A stretch of 64,000 nt of DNA from Octopus sinensis (lineage: Eukaryota). The stretch spans positions 5,084,001-5,148,000 of the forward strand of contig NC_043024.1 of NCBI RefSeq assembly GCF_006345805.1. The letters are read 5' to 3'. Positions 13,241 through 26,356 of the stretch are shown here, in pieces. The notes beneath the pieces were generated by a model. That model did no database searches. It saw nothing but the letters and a program-made list of their open reading frames with translations, and had not been told where the DNA came from. The translations under genes and the position numbers were made by a program. Each line of letters opens with the position of its first letter. Position 1 is the first letter of the stretch.

Positions 13241-16200
13241 GCAGAAAAGAAGTTTGCCAATGTCCAGCGACGTGAGGACCAAAGAACTGAGGTATTTCGT
13301 ATTGCTAGACAGTGTGTCAGAGAAAATAGTGATGTTACAGGGGAGAAATGTGTCCGCATGGATGATGGGGCACTTGCTTTTATTGTTGGTGAAAAGAAAG
13401 AGGCTTGGAGAAGCCATTATGAAAGACTGTTGAATGTGGAGAATGAATGAGAGGAGGAGAGCCTGCCAAATGTTGACCCAGTAGAGGGATCAGCTATCCA
13501 AATAGACAGCTCCCTTGTAGTTAAGGCAATTAAGGATATGAAACCAGGTAAAGCCCCCGGCCCATCATGAATCACTGCTGAGATGCTTAAAACAGCTGGT
13601 TATGCGGGCTATGGCCTAGTCACCCGTATTGTTAACCAGGTAGTTCATAATGGAGTCATACCCAATGACTGGCGTAGCAGCACCATAGTCAACTGCTACA
13701 AGGGTAAGGGTGATGCTCTAGATAGAAATAACTACAGGGGTATTAAACTGTTGGATCAGGTGATGAAGGCCACAGAGAGGGTCATAACCCATCTCATTAG
13801 GGAGAGAATTTGCTTAGATGAGATGCAGTTCGGTTTTGTGTCGGGTAGAAGCACCACTGATGCTAGATTCCTGGTCCGACAACTGCTGGAGAAATACCTA
13901 GCTAAAGATAAACCCCTCTACATAGCTTTTGTGGACTTGGAGAAAGCCTTTGACAGGGTTCCCCGATCCCTTATCTGGTGGTCGATGCGGAAACTGTTGA
14001 TTCATGAATGGCTAATAAGGGCTGTACAGGCTCTATACAGAGAGGCTGTCAGCAAGGTTAGGATTGGCAACGAATATAGTGAAGAATTCCGGGTAGAAGT
14101 AGGTGTACACCAGGGCTCAGCCCTCAGTCCCCTTTTATTCATCATAGTCATCCAGGCAATAACAGAGGAATTCAAAACAGGTTGCCCCTGGGAGCTCCTC
14201 TATGCTGATGACCTGGCCCTCATAGCAGAATCGCTACCGGAACTAAAAAAGAAATTTCGGGTGTGGAAACAAGAGTTGGAATCAAAGGGCCTTAGAGTAA
14301 ATGTAGCGAAGAACAAAGTTATAGTATGCAGAAAGGCGAACTCAGCACACACCCCATCGGGCAGGTGGCCCTGCTCGAGCTGTAGGAAAGGTGTAGGTAG
14401 AAACTCCATAAGATGCACCCAATGTAAGCTATGGACGCACAAGAGGTGCAGCAACATTAAAGGGAAATTAACAGATAAGATAGCTTTCATGTGCAGCAGA
14501 TGCACAGGGACAATAGACACCACAGACACTCAGAAAACAGATTCCATCACACTCCAGGGAGAGAAACTAGAAGTAGTTGATAGTTTCCGCTACCTGGGTG
14601 ACCAAGTTAGTAGTGGGGTGGATGCTCAGAGAGTGTCACCACTAGAACACGAATAGCCTGGGCAAAGTTTAGAAAGCTGCTACCCCTACTGGCGACAAAG
14701 GGTCTCTCACTCAGAGTGAAAGGTAGATTGTATGATGCATGTGTGCGAACTGCCATGCTTCACGGCAGTGAAACATGGGCCGTGACTGCAGAGGACATGC
14801 GTAGACTTGAAAGAAATGAAGCTAGCATGATCCGCTGGATGTGTAATGTCAGTGTGAATGCACGACAGAGTGTAAGCACCCTGAGAGAAATGCTAGGCAT
14901 AAGAATCCGTGGCTTCCCTAAATCGCAACTCTGTGCCACGGGAGAGTTTTAGCCTCCGCGATGATGGGCAGATCTGGACATTCGTCAAGTCTGGTGAGTC
15001 ATGGATAAGGGATGCCAGTTGGACTGAGCAGACTGCACCCACAACACCAACTGGCAATGCAAAATCTTGGGGAAACTAACCAAGAACAATCAGCCATCCC
15101 CTGTATATCATCATCTGAAATCCAGATATAAACTGCTGTCCTTGAATGCCCGTAGTTTATGCAACAAGGTGCATCTTTTTGTCTCCTACGTCAAAAGTAT
15201 CAACCCAGATTTCATCACAGTCACGGAAACGTGGGCACACTCTGCACTCTGTGATGGAGTTTTCAGCATAGCCGGCTACAACCTGTTCCGCAAAGACCGC
15301 ATTAATCGCCGTGGAGGGGGTGTGATGATTTATGTTCGATCAAGTCTTTCGGCAATCCCCTGTGATGATTTGAACCAATCTCAGCAGGAGGTATATTTCT
15401 GCAATGTACACATGACCATGTCAACACTTCTGCTCGGAGTCGTTTACCGTCCTCCAAATTATCGCCAAGACGCACAGCTTTTTGATCTCCTCAGGGCGGC
15501 TGCCATGAAAACAGCCACATATGTGTGTTGCGGGGGACTTCAATTTCCCTGAGATTGACTGGGAGGCCTTCCGTTGGCCGCAAAGTGCAGACGATTTTCT
15601 TGAACTGGTGCTGAATTCGAATTGGTCCCAGTTGTTACCTCCCCCCACAAGAGGTAACAACACTTTGAATCTGCTACTAACCGCTTCTCCAAACAATCAT
15701 TAGTGTCGCTACCGAAGAACCTTTGGGTGACTCTGATCATTCCATGATCATGGCGACTTGTCTCTGATTGGTTGTAACAAAAAACACAACCATCTTCAGA
15801 TTGCCCGCTTTGACTGGAATAAAGCAAACTGGAGCTCTTATTGTACTGAGCTGCAATGCCAAAACTGGCGCGAGTTTTATGCCTCTGGAGATGTGGACAC
15901 TATACTCCAGAACATTCTGAATTCAATATGGGCAGCATGTGCAGCATCAGTACCACGCAAGCACAAAAACCACCCAATAGTGCAATTTGAGAGACTGCAG
16001 TCCGACTTGCCAGGAAAGAACGCCGTAATGCTGAACGGGAATACAAATTGCATAAATCAGAGAGCAACAGGAAAAAGCGCAATAGGTCAGCCAACCACCT
16101 CAAGCAGGTGACAAAAAAGGCAGTGCTTGAATTTGAACAACGCATTGCAGCTAACCCTGACAGCAAAGGGTTCTGGAAGTATGTGCACTCAAAGCAGAGA

Positions 16201-18681
16201 CCCCACTCTCCTGTTGGTCCCCTTCGCAATCCCCACACAGGACAGATTACTGGCAATCCCAAAGAATGTGCAGAAATCATTGCTGGATGCTATGCCGGCA
16301 TCTTTACTGTCGAAGACCAAAATGTTCCATCATCATCACCACTGACATCGGACTCTATATCTTCTATGTAATTTACACCAGCAATGCTGCAACGCCACCT
16401 AAAGAATAAACGCAATTATGCCTCTCCTGGTCTCAATGGTGTTACATACCTACTTCTCAAACGCAGTGGGTACTTTCTTCTATGCCAACTTTCTCTATTC
16501 TTCCAATTCTGTCTCGACAATGGTGTTACTCCAGAACAGTGGAAAACTGCCAGTGTCATCCCTCTGTTAAAAAAAGGCGACCGCACATCGCCTGTCAACT
16601 ATCGCCCCGTCAGTCTTACTAGCTGCATCGCCAAACTGATGGAATCCTGTATCAGAGAAACCCTCTGGAACTTCTGGAAGTCTCACTGCCTCAGCCAGCC
16701 GTCACAATTCGGATTTATTCCTAACTCCAGCTGCTGTAATCAACTCATCGAGTTTCTTGAGGACGTTACCCAAATCACTGATCGCGGATCCTGGGTGGAT
16801 GTTGTTTACCTGGACTTTGCTAAGGCTTTTAACTCTGTGCCACACAAAAGACTTATGGTGAAGCTTTCTGCGTTGGGTGTAAGAGACGAACTGTATAACT
16901 ATAACTGGTTAAAGTCCTTTATTTTCGGCCGAAAAGAGGTTGTCACAGTTCTAGGACAGCACTCTTCGCCCTATGAGATGACATCTGGTGTGCCGCAGGG
17001 ATCTGTTCTTGGCCCTCTTTTATTTGTTGCATATGTTAATGACATAGATGCCAACTTAAAGAATGCCACAGTGCTGAAATATGCAGATGACATCAAGCTG
17101 TACCTCCAAATAAAGAGGTCAAATCCTGTACACTATGGATCTCTATTGCAAGCAGACCTGGACACAATGCAGCAGTGGATCATGGACTGGCAACTGAAGC
17201 TGGCTGTGGACAAATGTACCACCATGCATTTTGGGAGGAGAAACCCAGCGTCCACCTACTCTCTCCACAACACTAGTCTCAAAAAGTCTTCAAGTGAACG
17301 TGACCTGGGTGTTATTGTCAACAGTGATTTGCGTTGGACAAAACACATCGCTAAAATTGTCAAGAAGGCTGAGGGTGTCTTGGCATCACTCACCAAATCC
17401 TTTGTGAGCCGCTCTCCGGCTATCTATCTGCAGCTTTATATAGCTATGGTAAGACCTCACCTGGAATTTGCATCACCGGTCTGGAACCCTTATCTTGCCC
17501 AGGACATCAATCGTCTAGAAGCTGTTTAGCGACGTGCAACCAAAAGAATACCCTCCATCAGGCATTTGCCATGTCCTGAACGCCTTACTTCCCTGGGCAT
17601 GGACACATTAAAACTCCGACGTCTGGCAGCTGACTCGGCAGACACCCATAAAATTATCAACCATCGCACAAACAATAACTCTGAGCACCTCTTCAAACTC
17701 CACCCATCTAACACCCGTGGACATATTTACAAAGTAAGAAAACAGCACAGCTCCCATGACTTCAGGAAACATTTTTTCACGCTGAGAGTTGCTGAAGCGT
17801 GGAACAAACTGCCGGCATCGGTTGTTAGTTGTCGGAGCACTGCATCCTTCAAAACTTCCATGCTTCCTGAGATTCGCCAACACTACACTTGATTTTCTCC
17901 CTCTCCATACACACACAAGCATGTTCACTTTCCAGACATTTCTACATTGCTGCATGTACTTTATATGCACTTTCTGACAAGTTGTGTGCACCTGAGCACT
18001 GTATACAATAATTTCATTATTATTATTATAAGAAGCATCAGATGCGGTGTGCAAGAGTGACGCTTGCGATGGTATGGTCATGTACTGCGGATGGATAAGG
18101 AGAGATGTGTGAAGAAGTGCCACTCCCGAACAGTTGAAGGAATCAGGGGGAGAGGTAGACCCAGGAAGACATGGGATGAGGTAGGCAAGCATGACCTCAG
18201 AGCGTTGGGCCTCACTGAGGCAATGGCGAAGGACTGAGATCTCTGGAGATGTGCTGTGACTACTAAGACCCGTGATGCTTCCGGCACCAGTTCCGCATAC
18301 CCCCTGCCCATTCAAAGTACCTTGGATCCCGGAACATCTCACTGTGCTTGAGGAGACCTGTTGAGTCAAGTGCATGTACATGAACATCAAACCAAATATC
18401 AATGGAAACAGTAGTTGTGATACCTGTGCCGGTGACACATAAAAAGCACCATCCGAACGTGGCCGATGCCAGACCCCTCTGGCACCTGTGCCAATGGCAC
18501 ATAAAAAGTACCCACTACACTCACGGAGTGGTTTGCATTATGAAGGGCATCCAGCTGTAGAAACACTGCCAGATCAGACTGGAGCCTGGTGCAGCCTTCT
18601 GGCTTCCCAGATCCCGGTTGAACCGTCCAACCCATGCTAGCATGGAAAACGGACGTTAAACGATGATGATGATGATGATGA
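13241..18681 (+). mobile_element. 5'-truncated RTE-clade LINE, split by a CR1 insertion
   Basis: RT motifs NYRGIKLL, DLEKAFDRVP, QGSALSPLLF, YADD; Cys-rich PHD-like insert CSSC..CTQCKLWTHKRC..CSRC; resumes at 18035 and ends in (GAT)n. Confidence 0.92.
14906..18027 (+). mobile_element. CR1-clade LINE nested in the RTE, frameshifted ORF2
   Basis: APE (LNARSL, VTETW, GDFNFP), RT (DFAKAF, GVPQGSVLGP, YADD), CR1-type C-terminus (RPHLEF, TRGH, WNKLP), (ATT)n tail, 7-bp TSD ataagaa (14899-14905 / 18028-18034). Confidence 0.92.
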
Positions 18682-18864
18682 TACACCGAGTAAAAAATTT
18701 CAGTTATCTCTCTCTTTCACACATTACTCTCTCTGTCTCTTCACACACACACTAACAGGGCTTGATGATTGTGTTGGCATCTTGAGAGGGGTTCCAGGGA
18801 AACAAGGTGTGGTTTAGGAACCCGAGGATGTACCTCATGAAACACGTGTTGCCAAAGAATAAAA

Positions 18865-19107
18865 CAGTAATTTATTTATGTATTTTTTGGTATACAACCT
18901 GCCATTAACCCCTTTCTTATAAAATAGTTGAAGAATCTGGGGTGTAGGAATTTGGACAGTATTGGAACTTTTAACTTCTTGCTCTCTATCTTATGATCTC
19001 CAAAATTTAAGAATCTTGTGTTAACTGGGCTCTTATTATTTACTCTGACTCTGCCACCACCTCAATGCAAAGATTATCAATATCAGAATCATCTTCACAA
19101 CCACTAC
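18865..19107. repeat. ~240-bp inverted repeat, partner at about 28535-28809
   Basis: Near-identical reverse-complement match read directly; the partner carries a short extra insert. Confidence 0.9.
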
Positions 19108-19109
19108 TG

Positions 19110-19330
19110 AGACATCCTAACATAATCAATGCCACTACTTCTATCATCATCATTATCATCATCATCCACTTCCGCCACCACCACTACCACCACCTCTGCA
19201 AAAACACCAACACTATAATTGCTGCCATCATACACATCCACTGTCAACACTACACCACCACCACCACTGCCATGATAACCACATCTACCACTTCCAACAC
19301 CATTGCCACCACTATCTATGAGACATCCTA
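19110..19330. repeat. CAT/CAC low-complexity tract
   Basis: Imperfect trinucleotide repeats. Confidence 0.9.
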
Positions 19331-20099
19331 AGTTAGATACTACTTTCACTTTCTAGTTGGTCTTTGAGTCCATTTTATCTAATCTATCTCTCTAAAAGAT
19401 GCAAACCAAGTAGCATTAAATGGAGAATGGATGTGAGCAGAAAGAGAGTAAGTTCTATTCCAGTTTACAACAATTATAGAATTATTCTCAAACCATAAGT
19501 GAAGGGTGGAGAGGAGTGAAGGAGGAGTCATGTTTCCTCCGAGAGGTTACAGAAGTATTATTACACTGTTGTTAGAATAGCTGTGGAAAATGTAATTGAA
19601 ATCAAATTTGATGCTAAATTCTTTTATAGTCATGTTCCCAAGTAAATAAACATAATCAATTGAACAGTCTGAGTAAAATAACTACTTTCTTGAATTATAA
19701 TCAGGTGTTTGGATCAACAAAATTATGAGATAAAGGTGAGAAGGTCAGTAGAGTGTCTATCTGCTTGTAACTATGTAGACACTTAAAATAATGAGTGAAA
19801 GCATGATATACATTACTAAGTCATACTCGCTTGCAGGCAGTCACTATGATTTTTTTTATCTGCTTATATATATGCAATGAAGCATTGATGTTTCATTGTA
19901 TATTTGGACATAACAATTAATTCTTCATCGTCAAACTGTCCAACCCATGCCAGCATGAAACATGGATGTTAAATGATGTTGACTACATGATGACACTTCA
20001 CATTATTGAAATTGGGAATAAGAACTAGATCATCTGATGATGTTAACACATGACAGAGTGGCTTCCTCTCCATGTAGCAAGGAAGATTTAATTGATATG

Positions 20100-20297
20100 T
20101 TTCTCCTTTTAGCATTTAAACCGGCCATATCTGGCCCAAATATTCTACCCTGTTTTATGTTCAAACCGGTCAGGCCTGGCCTCTAGAAAGTCAATCTAAA
20201 AATAAGCAATCAGATCAATTAAATCTCAAGGGTACAGGTAATGCATGATTAATTCAAAGCAATGTGAATAAACAATCTGAATGTTAAGGAGTTAAGA
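20100..20297. mobile_element. Degenerate MITE (piggyBac-like ends?)
   Basis: ctcctttagcatt ... aatgttaaggagttaa imperfect inverted ends. Confidence 0.35.
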
Positions 20298-21281
20298 TGA
20301 AACAAGAATTGAACACTGGTTTTTAACGGTGATATCAGAGATCTTTTAAATTGAATTACATCACTTTTAATATTAAAACAATCTACTGTAACAATGTTAA
20401 ACAAAATAATTGCATTCTTATTTGAACTAAAATCCATCATTCTCAGTATCATAAATAAAGGTGCCAGTCGCACCTCAGTGCTTACATGTTTGTCTTGTCT
20501 AATAAATAGAAGATTACTGAACATAAGACACTTGGGTCACTCAGCCAAGTTTCGTCTGAGCAATATATGTGAAAGTTCTGGAATTTGTGACCTTTTTGTA
20601 TTTCAAATAGCGTGCAAGTCTGAGAATAATATACATTGTTGGATACAGACATACAAGTAAACTTATATATTTTAGATTTTCTCAAAAAGTCTAACAATTG
20701 CTGACTAATATAACTAGCTTCTCTATTACTGCCTGTGTCTCTCCTCTCTTTTTGTTATTCTATCTACAGATAGGTTTGTATGTGTAGTTCTTATATATAC
20801 ACATTCATACATTACCTCTTTTACTTGTTTCAGTTATTGAACTGTGGCACCACCTTGAAAGGTTTAGTGAAACTAATTGCGCCCACTACATATTTTTAAG
20901 TTTGTTATTTATCAGTGTCGTTTGCTAAACCGTGAAGTTGCAAGGACATAAACAAAACAACACCAATTGTTAATTTGGGATAGGGACAAACACAAGACAT
21001 TGTCTATGATGCTACTGGATCAACTAAAATATGTTACCCCCTACTATATTATTGAATAGTTTTTCTCCTATTGTTATACTAACTACACCCTCACACACAC
21101 AAATACATTTTTTTGTAAGGTGGTTGGTGTTAAATCCAGACACAGAAACTTATGTTGCAAAGAGAAAGTATGAACAAAATGTAGTCCTGCAACTCAGTTG
21201 GGATTGGAGGTGGAGGTACTGGCTCAGTTCTGCCCAACTAATGCCAGCATAGAAAAGTGATGATGATGCGGATCATGAATA

Positions 21282-21665
21282 TCATCATCATCGTTTAACG
21301 TCCGTTTTCCATGCTAGCATGGGTTGGACGGTTCAACCGGGATCTGGGAAGCCAGAAGGCTGCACCAGGCTCCAGTCTGATCTGGCAGTGTTTCTACAGC
21401 TGGATGCCCTTCATAATGCCAACCACTCCGTGAGTGTAGTGGGTACTTTTTACGTGCCAGTGGCACAGGTGCCAGGCGAGGCTGGCAATGGCCACGATTG
21501 GATTGGTGGTTTTTACATGCCACCAGCATGGAAGCCAGTGAAGGCAACGCTGGCATTGGCCACATCCGGACGGTGCTTTTGACATGCCACAGGCACAGGG
21601 ATCACAGCTACAATTTCCATTGATTTTTGATGTTGATGTACTTGACTCAATAGGTTTCCTCAAGC
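21282..21665 (-). mobile_element. RTE 3'UTR fragment
   Basis: Reverse complement of about 18480-18681 with a (CAT)n tail. Confidence 0.85.
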
Positions 21666-21729
21666 ACAGGGTCGAATATATATTTTTAAATATTTTTTTG
21701 CAAACAACATGCAGATGCAAGTGTTACCT

Positions 21730-22180
21730 GTTGAAAGCCCTGCATACCAGATGCTAGCAAGTTTATGGGGCCATTAGGAGAGAATACCTGCCATTTCGGG
21801 ACCTATCTCTTGACAGCATCATTGGGCACCCCTCACTGAAATGAGACCCTGCTTGCTAGATCAACTGGTCATCAGGTTTCACTCAATATTCTTCTAGCCA
21901 TTGCTCATCGTTGCTTTCTAACCAAATCCAGTGGTTTGCCTTTTCCAGTGTAGTTTGGATATTACTCCTAGTGGTATTTGCTTTGCGATGAATTAAGTCA
22001 ATGATGGCAATAGTCACTTCACACTGTGTCCAACAAACCCTCTACATCCAACTTTGATTGAAAAATGCTCTGCTTTCCAGCCTGTGTCTTCACATTCCTC
22101 TAGGAGGTTTTCATAACAGCCAATCTTTTGAGCTTGAGCGGCATCCATGTTATCTTCATGAGCAACTCAACTAGATTTAC
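21730..22180 (-). mobile_element. R2-superfamily (HERO/NeSL-like) LINE 3' relic with restriction-like endonuclease
   Basis: Own translation VAHEDNMDAAQAQKIGCYENLLEECEDTGWKAEHFSIKVGCRGFVGHS resembles the ELTVPWE...GW...EVGCRGF motif; a later frame gives EKANHWIW. Confidence 0.7.
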
Positions 22181-22208
22181 CATTTTCTTTCTTTTACGCC
22201 ATATTATC

Positions 22209-22252
<44 letters not shown>

Positions 22253-22611
22253 TATATATATATCCTGATCATCATCATCATCTTTTTGGTCCTGGCATCT
22301 GTTTGGCAAGACTGAGTTAGTTCTTATTGACATTTACTTCCCCATTCTACCTACCCCAACTATATTTTGGAGTTGACTACTTCAAGTTTCTTATTTCTTT
22401 GCATCCATCAATTAATGATAATATAGTATATCTTGTATATAATATAACATATACATATATCAAAACAGGAGATAAGAAAAATTTTTGGTATTATTTATTC
22501 ACCATTACACATGTTTCATTTACTAATAGGGGTTACAAAATTGTATTTAACAGAGAAACATGTAAGATATCTTCTGTTAGAAGTCTTCTGACAGAAAATT
22601 AGAGAGTATTA

Positions 22612-23838
22612 TCATGCTGAGTAAAAAGTAAGCAACGTTTTGAAACATGAAATTCATCACAATATATTTCAGCAATGTGGAAATTTTATTCATCAAAGTA
22701 AGTACCATTACAATCAACACATTTGTGCCAATGAGTTACAAGTTTGTTTATCCTGGTAACATAAAAATCTGGAGTTCTGGAGCTTATGAACTCCTTGAAC
22801 ACAGTTTCAGCATCAGTTTGATTTTTGAACTCCTTCTCTTTCAGGAAACCATCAAGGTGCTTGAAAAAGTGGTAGTCGGTAGGAGAAAGGTCTGGGGAAT
22901 AACTGGGTGGGGAGAAATTCATAGCCAAGTTCCTTCAATTTTTGGAGCATCATTAGTGAAATTTATGGTCGAGCATTGTTATGAAGAATGATTGGCCCTC
23001 TTCTGTTGACCAGTCTGGGACAGAGGACTAGCGGTTTTTCTTTCATTTTGGCAATTTCATGACAATATGTTTCTGCAGTAATGTTTTTTCCAGATTTTAA
23101 AAGTTATAATGGATGATTCCAAAAGTACACCACCAAGCAGTCACCATAACCTTCTTTTTGAAGAGCTTGGGTTTAGGGAAGGATTTTGGTGCTTCATTTT
23201 GCTCCAACCACTGCAAAGAACGTTGTTTATTGTACAGAATCCACTTTTCATTGCAAGTTACAATATGGTCAAGAAATGGATTGGTCTGGTTGCGGAGAAG
23301 AAGCAATAAGCATTTTCTGATTTTCATTCAAATTGTGTCGAGCTTTTTTGATTTTCTGATTGCAGGAAAATGGTTGCAGGCAGTTTTCTGACTAACTTGA
23401 AGTTCTTTTGCCAGTTCTCAAGTGGTTTTATATGGATCTTTCTCAATGACAGTCTCTACTTGACTGTCATCGATGACAGATGGGCGTCCATAATGCTCAC
23501 AATCTGCAAAATCATTTAAACCATTTTCAAGCTGACCTCTCACTGGTCATTTCCCCACCAAATGTTTCATTGATATCATGAACAGTTTTAGCTGCTTTAC
23601 ATCCTTTTTTGAAGCTGAATTGCAAAACTGCTCAAATATCGCACTTTCACAGTTCCCTTTCAGATGATTGTATGAATGGGGAAAAAAAATATAAATGTTA
23701 ATTTATTGATGCATTTGGGTAAGTTTATATCTGTATTATCAGACAACTGCAAAAAATGTTTAACAAAAATTCAAACACCCTGCAAAAATCTGGTACAAAT
23801 TCTTCATGGTTCAAAACGTTGCTTTTTTTCAATCTGAT
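22612..23838 (-). mobile_element. Mariner transposon, decayed transposase
   Basis: FLDHIVTCNEKWILY, PKPKL..KKVMVTAWW, YSPDLSPTDYHFF, WHKCVDCNGTYF; mariner-like terminal repeat at 22612-22640. Confidence 0.9.
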
Positions 23839-24982
23839 AATTGATTCGCTGTCTGAGGAGTTTTTAATAAGAGATATTTTATAATTTTCTCTTACATGTA
23901 TAATATTCTAACTCGTACTAGCAAATGAAACATGTGCAATGGTGAATAAATAATACTAAAAATATTTTCCACTCTACTGTTTTGATGCGTAATTACTCTG
24001 CAAATATTATTTTCCAATATTTTTCTACTCTTATACATACCTCACACAATTATAACATCTACATACAATATTGGCATACTGGAATATACAGGTGTGCTTC
24101 ACGAGGACACGGCTTCGATTACAAGCCTATCTACATACTATATGTGTGTGTATATATATATACATATATATATGTATGCACGCATACATATGTACAGAAA
24201 GACTGATAGAAGGCACAGGCACGTAGTTCCCTTCTTAATCATATGGTTTTGAGCTCAGTCCCAGTGCATGGCAAACTTCGCCAAGTATCACTTATGATAG
24301 CCAAGATTGACCAAATCCTTGTGAGTGAATTTGATAAATGGAACCTGTAAGAAATCTATCTATATAATATGTGTGTATATCTGTTTATGTTTGTGCTCTA
24401 TAAAAGTTGCAAGCTACAAGGTTTGCTGTTGTCATTTCTCTGGTTGACAAATTGTCTGCTTACTTCAAGCCTTTCAAGACATGTGTAACTAAGAGATTCC
24501 TTATTTAAAACACAGTCAAGTGTTAATGACAGGAAAGGCATCTGGTTGTGAAAGAATACTTCAATCATTTTTTAATTTAAAACATACTTGACTCGAAAAA
24601 CATGTAAATCAAACAAGACATATTCAGATACATACATGCATTTGATGATATTTATATGTATATATACATATGATATATGTATATATATGATTGAAATATA
24701 TATGTATCAGTCGTGGTGATATTAATTTTATTGACTTTTTGTGAAATGGCACATTTTAATATATTGGACTGTTCAATATATATGCCTGCTTTGAGTGTGA
24801 GTGTACATGTGGTTTCTTGATGTTGGTTATGGAACTGTGGAGTTCAATATGGAACATTATTGTGTTTGTTGATGTATATTGATCTATATTGTTTATATTG
24901 TATTATTGTGTATATATATATATGTAAGAATATGAGTGTGTATGCACACATATTTATATTTATATGTAAATTTTTTTCATAC

Positions 24983-25114
24983 TTGCATTAAATTCTCTGA
25001 AGAGGCCGTGAGATATTCTTGTTAATGTCTCATTTATACCGGCTTTATATGGCTAATAGGTTAAATGGGACATACCTGTCTTCACGGCCGAAACAGCTGT
25101 CAGCTACAATGTAA
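24983..25114 (+). ncRNA. Type-I hammerhead ribozyme-like motif
   Basis: CTGAAGA (24997-25003); helix II ggccgtga/tcacggcc; GAAA (25090-25093); palindromic helix III ACAGCTGT; GUC site at 25099-25101; helix I imperfect. Confidence 0.6.
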
Positions 25115-26356
25115 ATGTATTTCTATGTTTTGTTATATTTGCACTATATTAATGTATAATATCATTGCTATTGTGTAGTGGTTTAATAAAGTATTGATTC
25201 GGTATTATCTGATGGTTGATGATTGATTTGGATATATTTCTCCATTTTCTCATTTTGTATATATATATGTGTGTGTGTATGTATGTATAATTATTTTCTT
25301 GTTAATTAATGATTCCTATCAATATAAGTATTCCCCCACTACATGTCTACTATTACATGTCTTAAAAAAGAAACAAAAATCTCATTGTTTTGGGCGAATG
25401 ATTCAACCATTATGAAACCAGAGATTTTTTACTGTTGTCTCTGAAGGCAGCTGTGCACCTCACCAACCCACCCATCCCACTTTACATGACACATTCACTT
25501 GAATTCTTTTATTTATTCTGATCTCCCACCCAAAGAATATTCATCCTAATAATTTCCATGACTTTTGTTTCGGGTGAACTTCTACTTAGAAGGAAATTCC
25601 ATTTATGCATGTATGCATACATTTACACCGGAAAAGTCATTTAACATTGTCTTTACATTTGGATGTTTATCATTAAAAAATGTTTTGAAACCTAGAATTG
25701 TTTCTTCTTTTATTAATTTCAGTCAGTGTGCTATGACCATGCTCAGGCACTGTCTTTGGGTGTCTTTCATTGACCCTATCAATATTAGAGATAATTCCAA
25801 ACATAGGGCAGGGTCCCATTTTAACGATGCCTGTTCATTGAAAGTAACTTTTGATAGCCTAGTATACTAGAGTAGTAAACATGTAAATGAACACACACAC
25901 ATACACACAAACACATCTTGCGGGCTTCTTCATAGAATCATTCTCCCAATTTGACTCACATGACATTGATCAACCTAAGACTACAGTAAAAGACACTTAC
26001 CCAATATACCATACAGCATAATTGAACCCAGAAACCCATGGGTGTGAAGCAAATTTTTCAACCATAAAGCTATCCTTTATATATATCTTTATAAAAATTC
26101 TTTTGTTTAAAAGAAAAAGATGAAAGCCTTTTAATTTTTTCTTCTTTATTATGAAAATGTCCTGCGTAAGTTATCTGGCGTTAATATTGGCTGGGGTTGG
26201 AAGTTTCTGGTACAAGAAAATTAAAGGGGATAAGTTCAGCTAGGAATATTATCTTTGTCACATATTCTACTGGAACTTGTAAATTATAACATGTTTCATG
26301 TAATAACAAAATTTGTAAATAATTTCAATATTCATTTCATCCAGTATTGTTTAAAG

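Noticed and set aside
19065-19349. Poly-His/Thr/Ile ORFs on both strands
   Set aside because: Product of CAT/CAC low-complexity DNA
22612-23838. Mariner transposase as the mobiliser of the 17.3-kb element
   Set aside because: Mariners make TA duplications and have different TIRs; this copy is also heavily decayed
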